A stretch of 62,548 nt of DNA, the filler included. It is 6 parts of 6 records of this genome, joined end to end, with 100 filler letters (N's around TTAATTAATTAA, not from the genome) between each part and the next. Parts side by side here need not be neighbours in the genome. Positions count along the whole stretch, not along the records: positions 57,361 to 62,548 come from SRR31156797_29318; 5 more parts are not named here. One strand, written 5' to 3'. Under the pieces are notes generated by a model. The model was not told the DNA's origin and searched no databases. It saw only the letters and a program-made list of their open reading frames with translations. The first letter of the stretch is position 1. Every line of letters starts with the position of its first letter. Position numbers and translations under genes: made by a program. Positions 58,253 to 62,548 of the stretch are shown here, in pieces.

Positions 58253-59677
58253 GTGTCTCAAAACAAATCCCAAAAAAACGATTTCACCCCCTTTTTTGAG
58301 CCTGAAAGTGTGGCCGTTATCGGTTCTTTCAAGGAAGGTGTTTTCGGCGGGTATGTGGTTGTTAAATCGTTGTTGGAAGCCGGTTACAAAGGAAATATCT
58401 ATCCTGTCAACCCCGGTAGTTATAAGGAGGTTCTAGGCTTTAAGGTCTATCCATCGCCCCGGGACATTCCCGGAAAAGCGGATTTGGCGCTGGTGATGAT
58501 CAACGCCCGTTACGTTGCGAGCGTCATTAAAACTTGTGCCGAAGCCGGCATAAAATCCATAGTCCTGGTGGCGGATGGTTTTGCGGAAAGAGATGCTGAA
58601 GGGGCCAGGCTTCAGGATGAAGTGGTTCATCTTGCAAATTCCCTGGGGGTTCGCATCATCGGGCCCAACACCGCCGGTATTGCCAATGCCATGAACGGTT
58701 TAAACCCCTGCCCCTATGATGCGGGATACTACCGGTTTAAAAAGGGAACCGTTTCCATCTGCTCGCAAACCGGGATGATCAATCCACAGGCCTATGGTTA
58801 TGGGGACTTAGGTTACGGCATCAGCAAAATCTGCGATTTTGGCAACAAATGCGATCTGGATGAGTGTGATTTCCTGGAATACCTGGAGAACGATGCCGAC
58901 ACAGAGGTGATCAGCGTCTATGTGGAGAGCGTCAAGGATGGAAAGCGGTTCCTGGAGGTCTGCAGAAGAGTGGCTGCAAAAAAACCGCTAATGGTCCTTA
59001 AACTGGGGGCCACGAAAGAGGGGGCCCGGGCATCGGCATCTCACACCGGAAGCCTGGCCATTGATGATGAAATCTTTGATTCGGTCTGCCGCCAGACGGG
59101 GGTATTGCGACTGGATCAATTCAGTGAAATGTTCGAAATGCCCCGTTTTTTTGCTTCCCAGCCGCTACCCCGGGGAAACCGCTTCGGCATGGTCAGTTTT
59201 ACGGGCGCCGTGGGCGTTGCGGCACTGGATGAGGGCGGCAGGCACGGCCTGGTCCGGGCCCGGTTGTCGAGTGATACATCCCGAATGCTGGAGGACATGT
59301 TCCCCGGTCTGGGTCATGTTCCGGTGGATCTCGGCCCCATGATCCCTTCCGTAAAGGATTTTTCCAGCGTGTACACCAAAATACTGCTTGCTGTCATGGA
59401 TGACGAAAACGTGGATTCCCTTTTCAATGTCATTTGGGCAGATGCCAAAGGCAACAATACCAAGGCCTATGTGGAAGGGTATGAGGCGCTGAAAGAAAAT
59501 CTTCGTAAGCCCGTGGTCACCTGGGTTTACGGGCCCAGCATCAATATGACGCGTGATGTGATAAAGAGAGTGGAATCCCTTGGGTTTCCGGTTATTGCCG
59601 AACCTGAAGGATGTATCAAGGCGCTGGGTCTGGCGTACCGGTATGCCAACGGGAAACAAAACAGGACAACCCTCTGA
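58253..59677 (+). CDS. CoA-binding acyl-CoA synthetase (NDP-forming) alpha-like subunit
   Basis: PESVAVIGS, YPVNP, GFAE, IIGPN, GNKCD, ASHTGSLA phospho-His motif. Confidence 0.88.
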   Translation: MSQNKSQKNDFTPFFEPESVAVIGSFKEGVFGGYVVVKSLLEAGYKGNIYPVNPGSYKEVLGFKVYPSPRDIPGKADLALVMINARYVASVIKTCAEAGIKSIVLVADGFAERDAEGARLQDEVVHLANSLGVRIIGPNTAGIANAMNGLNPCPYDAGYYRFKKGTVSICSQTGMINPQAYGYGDLGYGISKICDFGNKCDLDECDFLEYLENDADTEVISVYVESVKDGKRFLEVCRRVAAKKPLMVLKLGATKEGARASASHTGSLAIDDEIFDSVCRQTGVLRLDQFSEMFEMPRFFASQPLPRGNRFGMVSFTGAVGVAALDEGGRHGLVRARLSSDTSRMLEDMFPGLGHVPVDLGPMIPSVKDFSSVYTKILLAVMDDENVDSLFNVIWADAKGNNTKAYVEGYEALKENLRKPVVTWVYGPSINMTRDVIKRVESLGFPVIAEPEGCIKALGLAYRYANGKQNRTTL

Positions 59678-59719
59678 AACGACATCATCCCCGAAACGGG
59701 TAAGTAAGGAGAAAAAGCC

Positions 59720-60373
59720 ATGGAAAAACCGATCCTGAATTACTGGCAACTTCGTCTTGAGAATCTGAAAGAGGTCTTGAAATCAAACAATTTTGAGGTG
59801 TTCATCGCGAACAATGCCCGTGAAGCCGGCCGCATGGTGATGGACAAAATTCTTCCAAAAGTTGCTCCCAAAAGTATTTCCTGGGGGGGCTCCATGACGT
59901 TTGTGGCAACCGGGCTCTATGACATGCTCAAAGCCTATCCAAATGCAGAGATCCTGGATACCTTTGATAAATCGCTCTCCCCTGAAGAGAGCCTGGAACG
60001 GAGAAGAGAGTCTCTTCTGGTGGATCTGTTTATCACCGGAACCAATGCCGTGACCCGTTCCGGTGAACTGGTCAATTTGGATATGATCGGAAACCGTGTG
60101 GCAGGCATTACTTTTGGCCCCGTAAACGTGGTGGTGATGGTGGGCCGGAACAAGGTTGTGGAGGATCTGGATGCCGCCATTGAGCGGATTAAAGATTATG
60201 CAGCCCCCGTAAACGCCATGCGGCTGAACAAAAAAACACCGTGCGCCAAAACCGGCGTGTGTGAGGAGTGCAAAAGCCCGGAGCGCATCTGCAATAGTTG
60301 GACCATCACGCAGAAGTCCTTTCCCAAGGGCCGGATCAAGGTGGTTCTGGTCAATGAAAGCCTGGGGCTGTAA
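59720..60373 (+). CDS. LUD-domain (lactate utilisation-like) protein
   Basis: WGGSMT, TGTNAVT, GNRVA, GRNK, PC..TG.C.EC.SP.RIC. Confidence 0.88.
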   Translation: MEKPILNYWQLRLENLKEVLKSNNFEVFIANNAREAGRMVMDKILPKVAPKSISWGGSMTFVATGLYDMLKAYPNAEILDTFDKSLSPEESLERRRESLLVDLFITGTNAVTRSGELVNLDMIGNRVAGITFGPVNVVVMVGRNKVVEDLDAAIERIKDYAAPVNAMRLNKKTPCAKTGVCEECKSPERICNSWTITQKSFPKGRIKVVLVNESLGL

Positions 60374-60500
60374 AATTAAAACCATTACGGCAATGTAATG
60401 GCCCCGAAAGGTTCCTGAAAGATCCGTGCCCTAGATTGTGTCTGCAAAGGCGGATAGCGGACAAAATCATTAAACCCATGGAAAATGAAAGGAAAACATC

Positions 60501-61529
60501 ATGGAAACAGGAAAAAGGGCTTGGAGAAAGGGGATCCTCATTTCGGTTGTTGCGGCTCTCATGGGCGCATTGGCGCTGAACGGTTGGGCGTTGAACTCAC
60601 AGGACGAGAAGAGCCGACTGTTGGTTACGGTTGAGGATGTCAAAATTACCCGTGGTGACGTGGATCAAAAAATAGACACCCTTCTGGGTCCTCAAGCGGG
60701 GACCCTCCCACCGGAACAAATGGCAAAAATCAGGGATAACCTGGACCAGAGGGTCCTTCAGAATATGATTATTGAGGCCCTCCTCACAAAAGCGGTTAAG
60801 GCGGAGCAGATTGCCATAACGGCGGATGAAGTTAACCGGGAGATAGCGCATTTGAAAACGTCTCTTCCCCCGGACACAGACTTTTATGTCTATCTCAAGG
60901 GCATCGGTTTTTCAAAAAAAGACTTGACCCGGGCCATTTCGAAAGACCTTAAAATCAAAAAGCTTCTGGAGGCCCGGGTGGCCGGAGCATCCGCCCCCAC
61001 GGATAAGGAGATCCAGCAGTTTTATGATGAGAATTCGGACCAGTTTAAGACACCTGAAGGGGTGGAAGTCCGGCATATCCTCATTGCGGTGGCAGCGGAC
61101 GATGATGAGGCGGAAGGTAAGAAAAAACTGGCTAAGGCTGAAAACATTCGCCGACGCCTGCTTGAGAACAATGAAGATTTCGCCACCATGGCAGCAGCGG
61201 AATCGGATTGTCCGAGCAAGGCAAAAGGGGGAAATATCGGGGTGGTGACAAAGGGGAGCACCGTAAAGCCTTTTGAGGATGCGGTTTATACCCGGAAAGT
61301 GGGTGACATAGGCCCCGTTGTGAAAACGCAATTCGGGTATCACATTATCCAGGTTATGAACCATCGGAAGGCGGGCATGGTCCCTTTGGCTGAAGCCGAA
61401 CCATCGATTTCGGATTATCTTATTTCCAAACAGAAGGAAGAAATGCTGAAGGCTTACATCGATTCCTTGAAAAGCAAGGCGAAAATCGTTTACCATCATG
61501 AAGGACTGGAAAAAGCTAATCCAGCCTAA
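60501..61529 (+). CDS. Parvulin-type peptidyl-prolyl isomerase (SurA/PrsA-like)
   Basis: Signal peptide, SurA-like N-domain, VRHILI, SDCPS..KGG, VKTQFGYHII. Confidence 0.92.
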   Translation: METGKRAWRKGILISVVAALMGALALNGWALNSQDEKSRLLVTVEDVKITRGDVDQKIDTLLGPQAGTLPPEQMAKIRDNLDQRVLQNMIIEALLTKAVKAEQIAITADEVNREIAHLKTSLPPDTDFYVYLKGIGFSKKDLTRAISKDLKIKKLLEARVAGASAPTDKEIQQFYDENSDQFKTPEGVEVRHILIAVAADDDEAEGKKKLAKAENIRRRLLENNEDFATMAAAESDCPSKAKGGNIGVVTKGSTVKPFEDAVYTRKVGDIGPVVKTQFGYHIIQVMNHRKAGMVPLAEAEPSISDYLISKQKEEMLKAYIDSLKSKAKIVYHHEGLEKANPA

Positions 61530-61543
61530 TAATCAGGTTCCCA

Positions 61544-61575
61544 TCTCGTTCCCACACCGGAGCGCGGGAACGAGA
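61544..61575. repeat. REP-like palindrome / hairpin
   Basis: TCTCGTTCCC-12 nt-GGGAACGAGA between co-directional genes. Confidence 0.6.
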
Positions 61576-61595
61576 GGAAAAATGGAAACTATTGA

Positions 61596-62123
61596 ATGAT
61601 AGATAAAATCGTGACACAACAAAGGGATGATACCGTTGATGAGGCCGTTCCGGAGTTCATGGCTGAGATGGTTGATGATCTGGAATACATCCCGAGAAAT
61701 GAAAGGCTTGGGCGCGCCGGTCGTCTGAAACGCAAACACCGTTCAAAATGGCTCCTGGCAATTGTTTCAGGTGCATTTGTCCTGATTGTCGTACTGGCCA
61801 TTGCCTTTGACAATGAGGAAAAACCGGCCCGGGGAACCCCAGGCTCTTCGGAAACGGGTTTCGTACGGATTGAAAAGCGTTTGGAGGCTCTGGAGACGAA
61901 AATCGCCTTAATGGAACAACGCATGCGCCCCCATCCGCTCGAAAAGAAAGGCCGGCCCACATCAAGACCCGGAAACCGATATCACACTGTTCGCCCCGGG
62001 GACAATTTGTCGGCAATTGCGTCAACATACGGCATTACGCTGGACCGGCTTTGCCGATTGAACCGGTTGACAATAGACGAACCCATCAAACCGGATCAGA
62101 AGTTGCTGGTTTCCGGGAACTGA
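61596..62123 (+). CDS. Membrane-anchored LysM-domain protein
   Basis: One TM segment, coiled coil, C-terminal YHTVRPGDNLSAIA..YG...L..LN....I.P.QKL. Confidence 0.88.
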   Translation: MIDKIVTQQRDDTVDEAVPEFMAEMVDDLEYIPRNERLGRAGRLKRKHRSKWLLAIVSGAFVLIVVLAIAFDNEEKPARGTPGSSETGFVRIEKRLEALETKIALMEQRMRPHPLEKKGRPTSRPGNRYHTVRPGDNLSAIASTYGITLDRLCRLNRLTIDEPIKPDQKLLVSGN

Positions 62124-62132
62124 AAAGATGCT

Positions 62133-62548
62133 TCATGCACCCACGGTGTCTTTATAGGAATCCTGAAGCGCCTCCACCAGACAGCTCAATGTAAAATTGA
62201 CGGGCGTTGGAATGCCCAGCCCAAGGCCTTCCCTGACAATAGCCCCATTGATAAAGCGGATTTCCGTGGCCCGTTGCGCCAATACATCCTGCAGCATGGA
62301 CGCAATATTGTCGGCTGTACCGGCACATACTTCCAGGACCCTTTCAACGGGATCGGGATACGGCAGGTTTATGCCTAACGCATCCGCAACCCTCACCGCT
62401 TCACCAACGGCCTCTTTCATCACCTGATGCGTGCCCTCAATGTTCGGCAACCGGCCGTTTTTGAGTCTTGTAATGGCCGCAAGGGCGTTGATTCCAACGT
62501 TTACGATCAGTTTGCCCCAGATCAGGTCTTCCACCCCGTCCACGGAAC
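62133..62548 (-). CDS. panE: Ketopantoate reductase, C-terminal part (5' end beyond window)
   Basis: WGKLIVN.GIN, SMLQD, TEIRFINGA, PTPVN. Confidence 0.9.
   Translation of the reverse strand, partial: SVDGVEDLIWGKLIVNVGINALAAITRLKNGRLPNIEGTHQVMKEAVGEAVRVADALGINLPYPDPVERVLEVCAGTADNIASMLQDVLAQRATEIRFINGAIVREGLGLGIPTPVNFTLSCLVEALQDSYKDTVGA

Noticed and set aside
60374-60500. c-di-GMP riboswitch before the PPIase gene
   Set aside because: Small hairpins and GAAA/GCAAAG words are present, but the order and pairing do not match class I or II consensus.
1-62548. CRISPR array, rRNA, tRNA, transposase or integrase
   Set aside because: No regularly spaced repeats, cloverleaf or rRNA signatures, or recombinase motifs were recognised by eye; an Infernal/tRNAscan run would be needed to be sure.

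Overview
The window is not one locus. It is six unrelated contigs joined by an artificial 100-bp spacer (44 N + TTAATTAATTAA + 44 N) at 20492-20591, 29492-29591, 40632-40731, 50573-50672 and 57261-57360. Contig 1 (1-20491, probably a sulfate-reducing Desulfobacterota-type anaerobe) carries a co-oriented minus-strand biosynthetic operon. Its genes are an atypical P1B-type ATPase fused to an FAD oxidoreductase, an acyl-AMP ligase, a free ACP, and a 4210-aa hybrid PKS-NRPS (KS-AT-ACP-[C-A-T]x3; predicted Tyr, Val, basic residue) with no TE or R domain. These are followed by a 2-hydroxyacyl-CoA dehydratase-family Fe-S protein and its ATP-dependent activator. The NRPS tail and the dehydratase head look like a matched docking pair, suggesting radical (ketyl) tailoring or release on the assembly line. 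This is the best candidate for an undescribed system. Contig 2 is a spirochaete-like ChvE/GguAB sugar ABC locus with two regulators and two extra, partly degenerate ATPases. Contig 3 is mixed housekeeping: TonB receptor, flavodoxin, MarR, deformylase, a Campylobacterota-like lpxB/gnnA pair, nfo, HD-GYP regulator, ABC-ATPase and TetR. Contig 4 is AT-rich and Campylobacterota-like: GHKL-histidine kinase plus REC protein, XRE regulator with operators, tandem small paralogues, rhodanese, MNT-HEPN and CcdAB toxin-antitoxin pairs, and a lactone oxidase. Contig 5 has two sensor kinases, a TRAM-less methylthiotransferase-like radical SAM enzyme and an atypical M28 peptidase. Contig 6 is ordinary metabolism and envelope genes. 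No rRNA, tRNA, CRISPR array or transposase was recognised. All family calls come from motif recognition by eye; no searches were run.
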